A stretch of DNA of 64,000 bases from Bdellovibrionales bacterium (GTDB lineage Bacteria > Bdellovibrionota > Bdellovibrionia > Bdellovibrionales > JAGQZY01), in the NCBI GenBank assembly GCA_964230555.1, contig CAXRIX010000178.1, positions 141 to 64,140 on the forward strand, written 5' to 3'. Numbering within the stretch: the stretch's first letter is position 1; the number at the start of each line of letters is the position of its first letter. The notes under the pieces are model-generated. The model searched no databases and had not been told where the DNA came from. It worked only from the letters and a program-made list of their open reading frames with translations. Positions 37,913 to 47,561 of the stretch are shown piece after piece. Both the position numbers and the translations under genes were made by a program.

Positions 37913-38326
37913 TTAGAATTCAGACCTGGGAAGGCACTTTAAAAAAGTTTTTGTTTGTTTGGGGCCATATTCTGACAGATTTTCAAAGGCCAAGCGTGCA
38001 AAACCTTTTTCGCCGGCAAGAATTGCGGGACTTAAATAAAGTTCAAAAATTGTTCGCTGTTCAGTGAATAGGCCTGTTTCCCAATTTGTGCATTCCGACC
38101 GCGGGTGGAGCATCTGCCAATCTTGGTAATTTTTCGACGTTTCTTCTGTGGGGATCCAAGAGGCCGTGCAATATTTCTGCGGCCCTCCAATACGGGGGTG
38201 TTCCTCGTTCCGTAAATCCAAGGTGAGAGGTTGTTGCAAAATGATGTCGTTATAACAAAGATAAAGAGAATTCGCCGCGGCTGGTAAACTGAAAACAAGG
38301 ATCAGTGCGAGTGCTAAAGATTTCAT
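37913..38326 (-). CDS. hypothetical secreted protein
   Basis: 137 aa. Signal peptide MKSLALALILVFSLPAAA. Confidence 0.45.
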   Translation of the reverse strand: MKSLALALILVFSLPAAANSLYLCYNDIILQQPLTLDLRNEEHPRIGGPQKYCTASWIPTEETSKNYQDWQMLHPRSECTNWETGLFTEQRTIFELYLSPAILAGEKGFARLAFENLSEYGPKQTKTFLKCLPRSEF

Positions 38327-38495
38327 GGGGCCCCCTTAAACGAATGGCAAATCTAGCACAAGACCGGGGCGGCGTTAAAGGAAATACCGAGGGGGTTATA
38401 TTGGGTTTTACAGAAATAGCCCATGGGTCAGGAATTACAGAGGTTTGAAGTACAATGACCGTTGCCAGGTTGCGAAAAGGTGGTTAATCTAGGGC

Positions 38496-39158
38496 ATGAT
38501 TGTTTTACATCACCTTGAACGTTCGCGGTCGCATCGAATTCTTTGGCTCCTTGAGGAATTGGGTCTTGAATATGAATTGAAAATCTATCAGCGTGATACA
38601 AAGACACTGTTGGCTCCTAAGGCTTTAAAAGATCTTCATCCCTTGGGTAAATCACCTGTCCTTCAGGACGGCCATCATACAGTGGCTGAATCCAGCGTGA
38701 TTATCGAATATCTTTTAGATCAATACGGCGAGGGCCGTTTGCGCCCAGTCGCCAAGAGCCCTGAATACTATGATTATCTGTATTTCCTGCATGCGGCTGA
38801 AGGTAGTTTTATGCCTTACCTTTTTCTTTCCTTCGTGATGAGTCGTCTATCGAAATCTCCGGTGCCTCTGCCGCTTCGACCCGTCGCTAAAATGTTGGCT
38901 TGGGGGCTGGACAAACAATTGCTTCAGCCTAATTTCAAAAACCAATTTCAGTTTTTGGATCGGAAATTGGCTGCCAACAATTGGCTCGCCGGTGATGCCT
39001 TTAGCGCCGCTGACATTCAAATGAGTTATCCTTTACTAGCAGCGCAATCGCGCATGGATCTTAGCGACTATCCGCAATTGGGGCGTTTTCTGCAAAGAAT
39101 TAAAGACCGGCCGAGCTTTAAAAAAGCTTTACAAAAAGGCGGCCCGGTTGAGCTTTAA
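38496..39158 (+). CDS. glutathione S-transferase family protein
   Basis: 220 aa. N-terminal thioredoxin-like block LERSRSHRILWLLEELGLEYE..HPLGKSPVL. C-terminal GST helix region. Confidence 0.85.
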   Translation: MIVLHHLERSRSHRILWLLEELGLEYELKIYQRDTKTLLAPKALKDLHPLGKSPVLQDGHHTVAESSVIIEYLLDQYGEGRLRPVAKSPEYYDYLYFLHAAEGSFMPYLFLSFVMSRLSKSPVPLPLRPVAKMLAWGLDKQLLQPNFKNQFQFLDRKLAANNWLAGDAFSAADIQMSYPLLAAQSRMDLSDYPQLGRFLQRIKDRPSFKKALQKGGPVEL

Positions 39159-39176
39159 AAAATCCAGGTCTTTTCA

Positions 39177-39692
39177 CTATTTTTTTAGAAGACTACGAAA
39201 CTCTCGAAACTCTGAGCGTAATTGGATATATTGGTTATTCGAAAGTAGCAATGCTTTTGAGATCGCTCGTATTTTTTCGTTTTCCACTTCTGAAATATCG
39301 TCATCACAGGCGATATGAAACAAGGCTCGGATGATGGAGATTTTCTGTTCCAAAGTGGCAAACTCATTGGTTAATGAAGTCACCCGTTGATGCTCAATGG
39401 AGTGGGCCAGCTCTTTAGATGTCGCAATGTCGACAGCCGCGACGGCCTCGTCCTGAGAAAGATGGGTGTCCTCTTTCAAAACGTCAATCATTCTGTTTTT
39501 CTCGCCATCTGAGATTTCTGAGTCAGCGCCAGCCACACGCGCTCCAAGAAGTGCTAAGCAGGCCACGTAGGGGATTCGATTTTCGTCAACCGACTGAAGA
39601 GCGTCTTGGATTTCAGAAATCTCAGTATGGGTGGTGGTTTCCACCGGGGAGTCATCGGGACTGTCACTAAATAATCGACTTAACCATGCCAT
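39177..39692 (-). CDS. TerB-like (tellurite-resistance TerB / DjlA N-terminal fold) protein
   Basis: All-helical. Block GARVAGADSEISDGEKNRM..LFHIACDDDISEVENEKIR is typical of TerB-family repeats. The ATG at 39692 is preferred to the TTG at 39734. Confidence 0.5.
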   Translation of the reverse strand: MAWLSRLFSDSPDDSPVETTTHTEISEIQDALQSVDENRIPYVACLALLGARVAGADSEISDGEKNRMIDVLKEDTHLSQDEAVAAVDIATSKELAHSIEHQRVTSLTNEFATLEQKISIIRALFHIACDDDISEVENEKIRAISKALLLSNNQYIQLRSEFREFRSLLKK

Positions 39693-39847
39693 AGATTTAA
39701 CCCTAAACCACCGTTGCAGCCTATGCAAAGCCAATATGCAAATTTATGACTTAAATATGAAAAAGTTTTTTAGAGGGCGTGCACACAATGTCAGGCATTC
39801 GAGCCGATGATTCGTATAGGATGGACGCTAACCAGGAAATCCCGTCC

Positions 39848-40756
39848 CTACGGCCCGTTGGGAACTGTGCACGAGGTTTCGTGTCTGTACTCATAGTAAA
39901 CCCCGATGGCATCACGCGATAGAGATTCGTAATAGTCAAGAGCGCACAAATGAAGTTCCGGTGATTTTTTTGACAAGGGCATAGTACCGTTGGTCGATTT
40001 TTTAATATTCTCAACGTTAAGGCTTTCTATTGGAATTGGATTGCCATTTTTGTATTGAGAAAGAGTCGCCCCTTGAAGAATGTTATCGAATTTTAAGATC
40101 GCCTGGGGAATGGTCCATTGCAGTTGATTTTTTTCTGGAGCAACTTGCAATTTCGGAAACTCAGCATTGGGTGGGTTTGATAGAAAGATAATAGGAAAGC
40201 TCCAGCGTTTGTTGTTTTCAGAAGCAATCTCAAACCGATAAACACCAGTTAAAGGCTTGTTGGGAAGGCGGGTGGAGCGGGCTATAATGATTGTGAAATC
40301 ATTATTTTTGGTTGGATAAACATTGGTGTTTTTAGTGCTAGAGTTCGGGAAAATAGTATATTGGAATTTTTTTGGACCATGGATTACGACACTTTTAATT
40401 TTGATCGGTTTGGCAAGGCGCGAGTTGTAGGAAAGCTGAAAATAGTTGTTTCCATTTTTGTCTTTACCTCTGATCATGGCGAACGTAAATGACTCAGACG
40501 GATCGGGTTCGAACACCGCTTTGGTTGAAGTCAGATAAATCTTTTGCGCGAGCAATGCTGCGGACTGTTGAACGAATGGATCTTCGCTTGCAGTTAAAAA
40601 AGCTTCAATAAGAAAATCGTGGGATTCTTTAAGATGACCCTGATTGAATTCTTTGTAGGCCTTTCGGGTCAGCTCAAGAGCCTGTTGAAAGTCTGAGTTC
40701 GCATGAGACTGTGAAAAGGACATAAGTAGAAACGTAAAAAGCAGGATTTTTCCCAT
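39848..40756 (-). CDS. hypothetical secreted protein co-transcribed with the two-component system
   Basis: The ATG overlaps the regulator's TGA by 1 nt. Signal peptide MGKILLFTFLLMSFSQSHA. Confidence 0.5.
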   Translation of the reverse strand: MGKILLFTFLLMSFSQSHANSDFQQALELTRKAYKEFNQGHLKESHDFLIEAFLTASEDPFVQQSAALLAQKIYLTSTKAVFEPDPSESFTFAMIRGKDKNGNNYFQLSYNSRLAKPIKIKSVVIHGPKKFQYTIFPNSSTKNTNVYPTKNNDFTIIIARSTRLPNKPLTGVYRFEIASENNKRWSFPIIFLSNPPNAEFPKLQVAPEKNQLQWTIPQAILKFDNILQGATLSQYKNGNPIPIESLNVENIKKSTNGTMPLSKKSPELHLCALDYYESLSRDAIGVYYEYRHETSCTVPNGP

Positions 40757-41412
40757 CAAACCGCCTTCAGTCGGTACCCGATGCCACGCAATGTTTCGAA
40801 ATAGGCGTCGCTGATCTTTTCTCGAAGTATTTTGACGTGGACATCAACCGTGCGCGTGCTTGGAAAGTTGTCGAAACCCCAAACCTCATTTAGAATCTCG
40901 TCTCGGGCCAATGCTTTTCCTGGGTTCTCCATAAAGAATTTAAGCAATTGAAACTCCATATTGGTGAGTTCAAGGGGGTGACCTTGAAACGTCACTTTAC
41001 GGGAGTAGTGGTCCATCCTGAGCTCACCATGGATCAAAACCTTTTGCGGGGTTTGGTTTTCTTTCAACTGGATTTTGACTCGCGCTACGAGTTCCCGTAT
41101 TTCGAAAGGTTTAGTCATGTAATCGTTGGCGCCAATCTCTAGTCCAAGAACTTTGTCGATAATATCAACTCGTGCCGTTAACATTATGACAGGTGTGGTA
41201 TCGCCTTGGATTCGCAAGGCCTTGATGGCTTCGATGCCCTCCCCATCAGGGAGTTCCCAGTCCATTATAACGAGAGAAAATCCTTGCGTGCCGGTGGTCT
41301 CGAATTCAGCAATCGAAACGCAGCAAGTGATATCGTAGCCCACTTTCGTCAGTTGGTTTTTTAGGCCCTCTCGAACGACTTCTTCATCTTCAACAATCAG
41401 GATTTTTTTCAT
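40756..41412 (-). CDS. OmpR/PhoB-family response regulator
   Basis: Receiver domain (KILIVEDEE, VIMDWELPDGEG, K at TKPF) plus a winged-helix DNA-binding domain (..TLRGIGYRL). Confidence 0.95.
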   Translation of the reverse strand: MKKILIVEDEEVVREGLKNQLTKVGYDITCCVSIAEFETTGTQGFSLVIMDWELPDGEGIEAIKALRIQGDTTPVIMLTARVDIIDKVLGLEIGANDYMTKPFEIRELVARVKIQLKENQTPQKVLIHGELRMDHYSRKVTFQGHPLELTNMEFQLLKFFMENPGKALARDEILNEVWGFDNFPSTRTVDVHVKILREKISDAYFETLRGIGYRLKAV

Positions 41413-42988
41413 TAATTGCTCCTCTGAGTGTTATCGTGAATCGCGTCGGGTTTTTCTTTAAACCGAGATCGCCACCCATCAACTGAATCACTCGGTACAC
41501 CAAGCTCAGACCGAGTCCGAGGCCGCTGGAATCCGATTTTTTAATCTGTGGATTCACCAGATCTTTAAGGTCTTTGCTGAGATCACGGCCGTTATCTTTG
41601 ACTTCCACGTCAATTTCATTGTCATGGTGGTGCCACGATACGACTATCGGAGTTGAGCCGTAAGTCAGCGCATTAATAACAAGATTTTTAATGCAAGTGC
41701 TGACCCAATAAGAGTCCAGGCAACACTGCAGATCCGTCGATGGGTGCTGAATTTCTATCTTCTCTGCGTAGCTGTCTAGGCAACTTTCTAAAAAGTCTCC
41801 GAAACTGGCAATATCGTTTTTCTGAAATAGAAACTGTCCATCTTTCATAAGAAGTTGCAGGTAAGACTGACTAAAATTCACAATCCGAGTCATTCGCTGA
41901 GAAGTCGAGGCCAATCTTAAGAATTCAAGATTCACTTCTTCAGGAAGCTGATCATAGAATGGTCGAATCGCTTCGACTGATAGCCGAAAACCGGTCACTG
42001 GATGTCTTAATTCATGGGCTAGGGTTTGCATAACAAGTTGTTGTTGGTCTCGAAATTGAGCATCCTCTTGATAGCGTCTCCAAAGGCCATAGAGGATAAA
42101 GACCACCAGGAATAGGATAAGAAAGATTAAAATATTTCTTAAAGACCTTTCAGTTAACAGAACTTTATTTTTTGTTAAGTAGGACCAACAGTAGTTATCG
42201 TTAATGACGACACAACCTGGTGAAGCCTGCTGATTAAGTGCTAAATTATGATTTTTCAAAAACACTTGCCAGCTTTTGATGGGATATAAATGATAGGCTT
42301 TTTTAGTCGGTTCGTAATGAGTCAGGAGCAATAAATATTTTTGACTTTCAACAATGGTTCGCCCCTCCATCAAACGCTTTAACGAGTCGGGAGTGAGGCC
42401 TGAGGCAACCTCTGTCCATTGGTCTGGCTTTTTTTCCTTTAAAAGAGAGTATTCTAGAATATGTAGAAAAGGTTTTTGTTTGCGAAGCCATTTGACGTCC
42501 TTGTCTTCTTCATTGGCGATCCAGGCCGCCCACGATCCGCCCAAAGGATGTTTGAAGGGGGGCTCCGACCACAGGCTTTTCTGTAAAGGTTCACTTTTGC
42601 ACTTATGTTTGAAGTACAAATGGTACTTTTTAACAGTTGCTGAGTTAGGGGTTTTGTCAGTTCCCTTGAATGGCCACGGTTCACACCGATCCAGTACGGA
42701 TGTTATTTTTTTCAATTCGGCGTCGGTGTAGGACAGGGAGGGGACGATAGCTTCAGGACGGAATAAGTCATCGGTGTATGTTTCGTTCCAATTGATAGGA
42801 AAGAAAAAGCGCTGCAAGGGTTCGTTTTGGTTTTGGAATTCCGACGAAAGTTTTGAAATCATTTGGTCGGTGATGGGCGTTTGGACTGCGCTCTTTTGCT
42901 TTTGAAAAACAAAGAGTAGGGCCACAGCCACTACCAAAGTCATCAATACAACTGTGGCTGAAGTCCAATAAAATGATTTTTTCCCCAT
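41390..42988 (-). CDS. sensor histidine kinase with a large periplasmic domain
   Basis: Two TM segments flank about 260 aa. H-box LAHELRHPV. N box and G box GLGLGLSLV. Confidence 0.9.
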   Translation of the reverse strand: MGKKSFYWTSATVVLMTLVVAVALLFVFQKQKSAVQTPITDQMISKLSSEFQNQNEPLQRFFFPINWNETYTDDLFRPEAIVPSLSYTDAELKKITSVLDRCEPWPFKGTDKTPNSATVKKYHLYFKHKCKSEPLQKSLWSEPPFKHPLGGSWAAWIANEEDKDVKWLRKQKPFLHILEYSLLKEKKPDQWTEVASGLTPDSLKRLMEGRTIVESQKYLLLLTHYEPTKKAYHLYPIKSWQVFLKNHNLALNQQASPGCVVINDNYCWSYLTKNKVLLTERSLRNILIFLILFLVVFILYGLWRRYQEDAQFRDQQQLVMQTLAHELRHPVTGFRLSVEAIRPFYDQLPEEVNLEFLRLASTSQRMTRIVNFSQSYLQLLMKDGQFLFQKNDIASFGDFLESCLDSYAEKIEIQHPSTDLQCCLDSYWVSTCIKNLVINALTYGSTPIVVSWHHHDNEIDVEVKDNGRDLSKDLKDLVNPQIKKSDSSGLGLGLSLVYRVIQLMGGDLGLKKNPTRFTITLRGAINEKNPDC

Positions 42989-43091
42989 GCCAAAATGCTA
43001 ACATTATTTGCCAATGCGTCCCATTGTTTTTTGCATAGGTTATCAACGCAGCCTTGAAAGGCTGTTTACAAATTGAGAATGAGATGAGGTT

Positions 43092-43120
43092 GAAAGCGAG
43101 GCCGCAACGACCTCGCTTTC
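43092..43120. other. perfect 10-bp GC-rich hairpin GAAAGCGAGG-N9-CCTCGCTTTC (terminator-like, no U-tract)
   Basis: Read directly. Lies between the end of gene 43139..43624 and the start of the kinase operon. Confidence 0.4.
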
Positions 43121-43138
43121 AGAAGGGTGATGATTGGG

Positions 43139-43624
43139 TTATTGAACAACCGCGCATTGCGCGTTGTTAAAATCCCCATGGGCGTTTTTCAGTTCGAAAT
43201 CGAAAGCCGAAGGCTGTTCAGCGACCATCGAAATATTCAAAAAATGTGTGGTGTTATCATTAAAAACGATGGCGCCATTTTGTGAGGCCTTTTGAACTTC
43301 AATTTGTTTGACTTGAAGTTGTTTTGAATCTTCGGTCTGATTGAGCATCAAATCGTTGGTGTATAGAGCGTCTTCATAAAGTGTCGCACCGTCACGATTG
43401 ACAGTGATCGAGACAAAAGCTCTTTTTCCGGATTCAATGGTGTAGGGAGCCGCTTGCTGGGTCCAAGCAGGATCGAGAGTGTAGTAAACGTTAACGATGT
43501 ACTCGTCACCTTCGTACGTCAAACCTTTACAATTGATTTCATGGGCCTCTTCAAGCGTTGTTGGCTGGTGGGCCAAGGCTGTAAATGAAAATAAAATAAT
43601 AGATAGTAATCCGAAAAATTTCAT
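43139..43624 (-). CDS. hypothetical secreted protein
   Basis: 161 aa. GGGGGAGA RBS. Signal peptide MKFFGLLSIILFSFTALA. Confidence 0.5.
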   Translation of the reverse strand: MKFFGLLSIILFSFTALAHQPTTLEEAHEINCKGLTYEGDEYIVNVYYTLDPAWTQQAAPYTIESGKRAFVSITVNRDGATLYEDALYTNDLMLNQTEDSKQLQVKQIEVQKASQNGAIVFNDNTTHFLNISMVAEQPSAFDFELKNAHGDFNNAQCAVVQ

Positions 43625-43822
43625 ATCTCCCCCTTAGAAGATTTAAACGTTAAGACAAAACTTTACAGAAAAGATCCCTACCACTCCTTCATCTCTCTGT
43701 GCAGGGAATGTTTAGATAAATTCACGTTTATCTGTCAGCTTGAAGACTATTTGTGCTTTTTATGCGCTTTATTCTGGTCGTAGGTCCGCAAGGTTGGGCT
43801 CGGAAAAAGCCGATCAGTCTTT

Positions 43823-45115
43823 ATGGTATTCGTCTCTGAAAATTGCCTGATTAAGAATGATCGACAAAGACATTGGTTATCCAATGCCGCTGTGAGATTT
43901 ATTGTCCTCTGGGGCGCGGTGCAGCTGTCATACCTTGATATCGCCAAGGGCTGTCAATTGCGCCCTGTGGCTGAAGTCGGAAGCGTTATAGTCTATTCAG
44001 AGCCCACCGATGATTCAGAGCGCGGCGACGCCGGCTCTATAAGCGTGATCTATCGTGACGGTCACGAATACGATTGCACCCGTGTCACGCCCGATGGTTG
44101 GGTTTTGATCAATCACGGCTGGAGACCTGACGCCAATTCACCCCGAACTTATAATAGCTGGGCTCCTGCGACCACATTTCAGGGGGACATTCGACTGTCT
44201 GACGGTCGCGTTTTAACGCAACAATCGATTTATCATCATCCAGGAGGTGCAGTCACACAGACTCCACAGGGGCAAGCACCATCTACGCCCGGCGCCCTTC
44301 CTGGAGAGACTCCAATCCCACGGCCACAACCGCGACCTGACGATCTGCCAACAATCGGTACTTCTGAAGATTTCATCAGTTTTTTTGAACGTATTGCCAC
44401 CCGAGGTGAAAATGGGCGCGATGGTTATCGCTATGAGCTACCGATGTCAGCAGAGAGAAATCTAGCAGTCCCGCGTTCGGTGCAGGGTATGGCACAACAA
44501 GGACCTTGTGGGGGATTGCATATTCGGTCGCAGCGGACCAATCCTTACATGAATCCAACAACCGCCTGTTTGTTTGCCGCGGTTTCCCAAGAGTGGCGAC
44601 AAAACCACTGCCCGGGGAATGGCCCCAATTGTCGTATTATTTATGGCGATGCGGGCCACGATGGCAGTCCGACCAGTTGGCCCCACGCATCCCACAATGA
44701 TGGTCAATGTATTGATCTGTGGCCGATGCGACAAAACTTACGAGTGATACGGAGTCTTGATCTGTCTCCGACCGCAACGCCTCCTTCTCAGTTTACAATC
44801 AATCATCCCAATTATTCGAGCGAACGAACTTCCCAGTTCACCGAGGTGCTAGCACGATGGGGCGTCGAAGACTCCGGAAGTACAAGACAGTTCTTTTTTA
44901 ACGATCAAGCTTTAATTGATGAGCATGGCTACCGCAGTCTATCAGCCCATGACGATCACATGCATGTTTGTTTTCGTAACAATGAAGCCAATAGAGAGCG
45001 TTGTCGGCAATTTCGTCGTGATCCCAACATATGTCACTTCAATCAACCTGTCCCAGATGCGCAAAATCAGCAAGGCCCTGCCACTGATAGCGATCCGGAT
45101 GACTCCATCCAGTAG
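43823..45115 (+). CDS. LAS-family zinc peptidase, MepA-like (penicillin-insensitive murein endopeptidase-like) C-terminal domain
   Basis: PHASHNDGQCIDLWP and SAHDDHMHVCF resemble the MepA zinc-site blocks HASHQxGLDxDIW and H..HxHVRL (from memory). Pro-rich linker PSTPGALPGETPIPRPQPRPDDLP. The start is uncertain. Confidence 0.6.
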   Translation: MVFVSENCLIKNDRQRHWLSNAAVRFIVLWGAVQLSYLDIAKGCQLRPVAEVGSVIVYSEPTDDSERGDAGSISVIYRDGHEYDCTRVTPDGWVLINHGWRPDANSPRTYNSWAPATTFQGDIRLSDGRVLTQQSIYHHPGGAVTQTPQGQAPSTPGALPGETPIPRPQPRPDDLPTIGTSEDFISFFERIATRGENGRDGYRYELPMSAERNLAVPRSVQGMAQQGPCGGLHIRSQRTNPYMNPTTACLFAAVSQEWRQNHCPGNGPNCRIIYGDAGHDGSPTSWPHASHNDGQCIDLWPMRQNLRVIRSLDLSPTATPPSQFTINHPNYSSERTSQFTEVLARWGVEDSGSTRQFFFNDQALIDEHGYRSLSAHDDHMHVCFRNNEANRERCRQFRRDPNICHFNQPVPDAQNQQGPATDSDPDDSIQ

Positions 45116-45136
45116 GAAATAAGCAATTTAAAAAAG

Positions 45137-46816
45137 TTAAAAGCGAGAAAGGCAGCGGAGGCCCGCAGATGGAAAGGTATTGGTCCATCCTTGATCCAAA
45201 GCAAAGCGCAGGCGTCCAGCCCCTGTGCCATCGGCCCAAAGACCGCCAACCAAAGCGCCTCGGGGTGTGCCATTGGCTGAAAAGAAGAATCGATCACCGT
45301 GAGCCAAATCACTTGTCATAGGAATTAAAGTATCATCGGCAGCGCAAGCGGGTTGTGGATCCGGACTGATTGCTGAGCATTGAAGGGGAAGGCCCCAGTA
45401 AGTGTTAAGAAACGGAAAAGTGGTTAAAGGCTGGTTGAAGGCTCCAGAGGGGCCCACTTGCCCGGAAAAATCCAAACCGTTCCATTCTTCATTTGTTGAA
45501 TCAGCCAGAGACGTAATCCCTGTATTGTTTTGAATCTGATCTGAGGCCCATTCGTAAAGATTGCCAACGGCGTCTTGCACTCCAAACTGCGAAACGCAGA
45601 GGTCTGTTTTGGCACTGCCGGAAATGAAGGTTGGCGTGCCCGAGCTTCCACCAAAAAAATCATCATCGGAAGGAGGATAAGTATTGTCCCAGGTGAGCCC
45701 GTGACCACTGTCAGTGTTGCAGTAGCCATTTGTCGATCCGCCGGCTTCAATGGCTTCGATTTCGCTATCACTGTATTCTGGATCCCAAAATGTGAAAGCC
45801 ACAAACTCTGAACGTCGAGGAAGGCCCATTGACTGCCAGCTGCCGTCACGAAGAACTTGTCTTTGATCGCAGGCTGCCGCAGCCGTTTGCTGACTCATCC
45901 GAAAAAGCGGAGGTTCATGGGCGCGGGGAGATTCCATTAACAGACGTTGCGAAGAAGACGCCGAATTGTAATCGACCCAAGTGGTTCCTCCGTCAGTATT
46001 AATATAGCAGCGACGTCCACCTCTTTGATAGAAAACGCTGTTCAAGGGCGCTGTTAAACCTGTTGGTGCGGTATCGCCCACACAGTCTGTCGTCGAAGTG
46101 CTATCTCCTGGATCATGGGCGGAGCAAACACTGACTGAATAGCCACAGCCGACCTCAAAGCGGTCGACAATCATATGTTTAGAAAAATCTAAATATCGAA
46201 CGTCACCATCAAGCTGACTTCCTAGTCCGTTGAAGGGACAGCGGTAGTTGTTGTCGACGTCGATTCCTGCGGTCGCCGAGAAACCTCTGTCAATTTGTTC
46301 ACAATTGACTTTGTTGACCATCCATCGATGCACGAATGCCTGATTGGCATCTGGCTTGAACACCATGATCTCTGGCAAAATTTCAGAGCTTCTATAAACT
46401 GTTCCATCGAAGTCCCAGCCCACCTGATAGTAATAGGTCGTCGCCAGATCGTTGCTGGTGTCGATGTAGTAAGAGTTGGTCGTGGTTCCTAAAGGTATTT
46501 CATAATTATAATTTTCGCCGATCTTGCGTCGAAAAACAGCGTATTGGCGAGGCGATTCGGATTCGGCAGTGGTGATCGGCTGCCAATCAATTCGGATACA
46601 GGCTTGACCACTTTCGCAAATCGAAGCGGCATAGCCGGTTTCGTCAAGCACTGTATCATTTCGGTCCACTTTCGGACCGATACTGAACACCCGTCGCCAG
46701 TAAGATGGGGAGACTGTGGGTGTTTGATCTGAAATAAACAGTGGCAGTTGGCTGTCAATCCCACATCCGGAACTCAATAACAGCAACCATAGGAACAACA
46801 ACTGACTCTGTTTCAT
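45137..46816 (-). CDS. lipoprotein with a C-terminal FGE-sulfatase (SUMF1-like) domain
   Basis: An internal ATG gives MKQSQLLFLWLLLLSSGC|G. SUMF1-type blocks GVQDAVGNLYEWASDQ and ..AGLRCLSRF. FN3-like segment IDWQPITTAE..YYYQVGW. Confidence 0.7.
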   Translation of the reverse strand: MKQSQLLFLWLLLLSSGCGIDSQLPLFISDQTPTVSPSYWRRVFSIGPKVDRNDTVLDETGYAASICESGQACIRIDWQPITTAESESPRQYAVFRRKIGENYNYEIPLGTTTNSYYIDTSNDLATTYYYQVGWDFDGTVYRSSEILPEIMVFKPDANQAFVHRWMVNKVNCEQIDRGFSATAGIDVDNNYRCPFNGLGSQLDGDVRYLDFSKHMIVDRFEVGCGYSVSVCSAHDPGDSTSTTDCVGDTAPTGLTAPLNSVFYQRGGRRCYINTDGGTTWVDYNSASSSQRLLMESPRAHEPPLFRMSQQTAAAACDQRQVLRDGSWQSMGLPRRSEFVAFTFWDPEYSDSEIEAIEAGGSTNGYCNTDSGHGLTWDNTYPPSDDDFFGGSSGTPTFISGSAKTDLCVSQFGVQDAVGNLYEWASDQIQNNTGITSLADSTNEEWNGLDFSGQVGPSGAFNQPLTTFPFLNTYWGLPLQCSAISPDPQPACAADDTLIPMTSDLAHGDRFFFSANGTPRGALVGGLWADGTGAGRLRFALDQGWTNTFPSAGLRCLSRF

Positions 46817-46939
46817 CCTATTGATTATCGGCGTAAATCTCCAATTCTTAAGAAAAAACTGATTTCCGTAGCCTTCCGTGGTGCAGTACAAAAGGCTGTC
46901 GGCTTGTTTCAAATGTAGTTATTGTTTACAGTCGAGACG

Positions 46940-47323
46940 ATGAAAGTGACTCTTCTACTTATCGTGTTTATTGTTTTTCCTTTGCGGGCACAAAGCTGTT
47001 TTATGACTAAGTATCAGTGGAAAAAGCGCGTCCTTGTTGTTAATGATAAAGCGCCAAAAGATTCGATCGCCAAACAAAAACAAAAGTTCTCTCTCAACAG
47101 TCAGGGCAATAGAGAACGTGACTTGATTTTGATTTTTTCGCAAAAAGGGTGTGACCAGAAATCTTTAAAATTGGATTTCAAGCCAGACGTTTTTAAAGCC
47201 CACCTGATTGGTAAAGATGGAACTATTAAGGCCACGTACAATCAACCCACTGCGATGACAGAGGTCTACCAATTGATCGACAGCATGCCGATGCGGCAAC
47301 AAGAAATTTTGCAGTCCCAATGA
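46940..47323 (+). CDS. DUF4174-like secreted protein
   Basis: Signal peptide MKVTLLLIVFIVFPLRA. Blocks WKKRVLVV and HLIGKDGTIKATY are typical of DUF4174 as I recall it. Confidence 0.6.
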   Translation: MKVTLLLIVFIVFPLRAQSCFMTKYQWKKRVLVVNDKAPKDSIAKQKQKFSLNSQGNRERDLILIFSQKGCDQKSLKLDFKPDVFKAHLIGKDGTIKATYNQPTAMTEVYQLIDSMPMRQQEILQSQ

Positions 47324-47469
47324 CGAAGGATAAGAACCTCTTTCCTGATAGGTTTTAGATCTTAAGGCCAAAACCAAAAACAAGCTGTTGGATTCTTGTT
47401 TATCTTAACTTTTCTTAAATTTAAAAAATAAATCGACGTTGACTATTAATTTTTAAGGCTTAAGTTACG

Positions 47470-47556
47470 GCCAAACCTAGGGGCGGCGTAAGCCTGAGAC
47501 ACAGTTTACTGTGAACCCTTGAACCTGATCCAGATCGTACTGGCGTAGGAAAGGAG
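47470..47556 (+). promoter_or_regulatory. TPP (thiamine pyrophosphate, THI-box) riboswitch
   Basis: CCTAGGGGCGGCGTAAGCCTGAGACACAGTTTACTGTGAACCCTTGAACCTGATCCAGATCGTACTGGCGTAGGAAAGG contains the invariant CUGAGA and ACCCUU-GAACCUGAUC..GCGUAGGAA cores. P1 is CCUA/UAGG. The 3' side abuts the AAGGAG RBS of the GTG start at 47562. Confidence 0.9.
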
Positions 47557-47561
47557 TTTTT

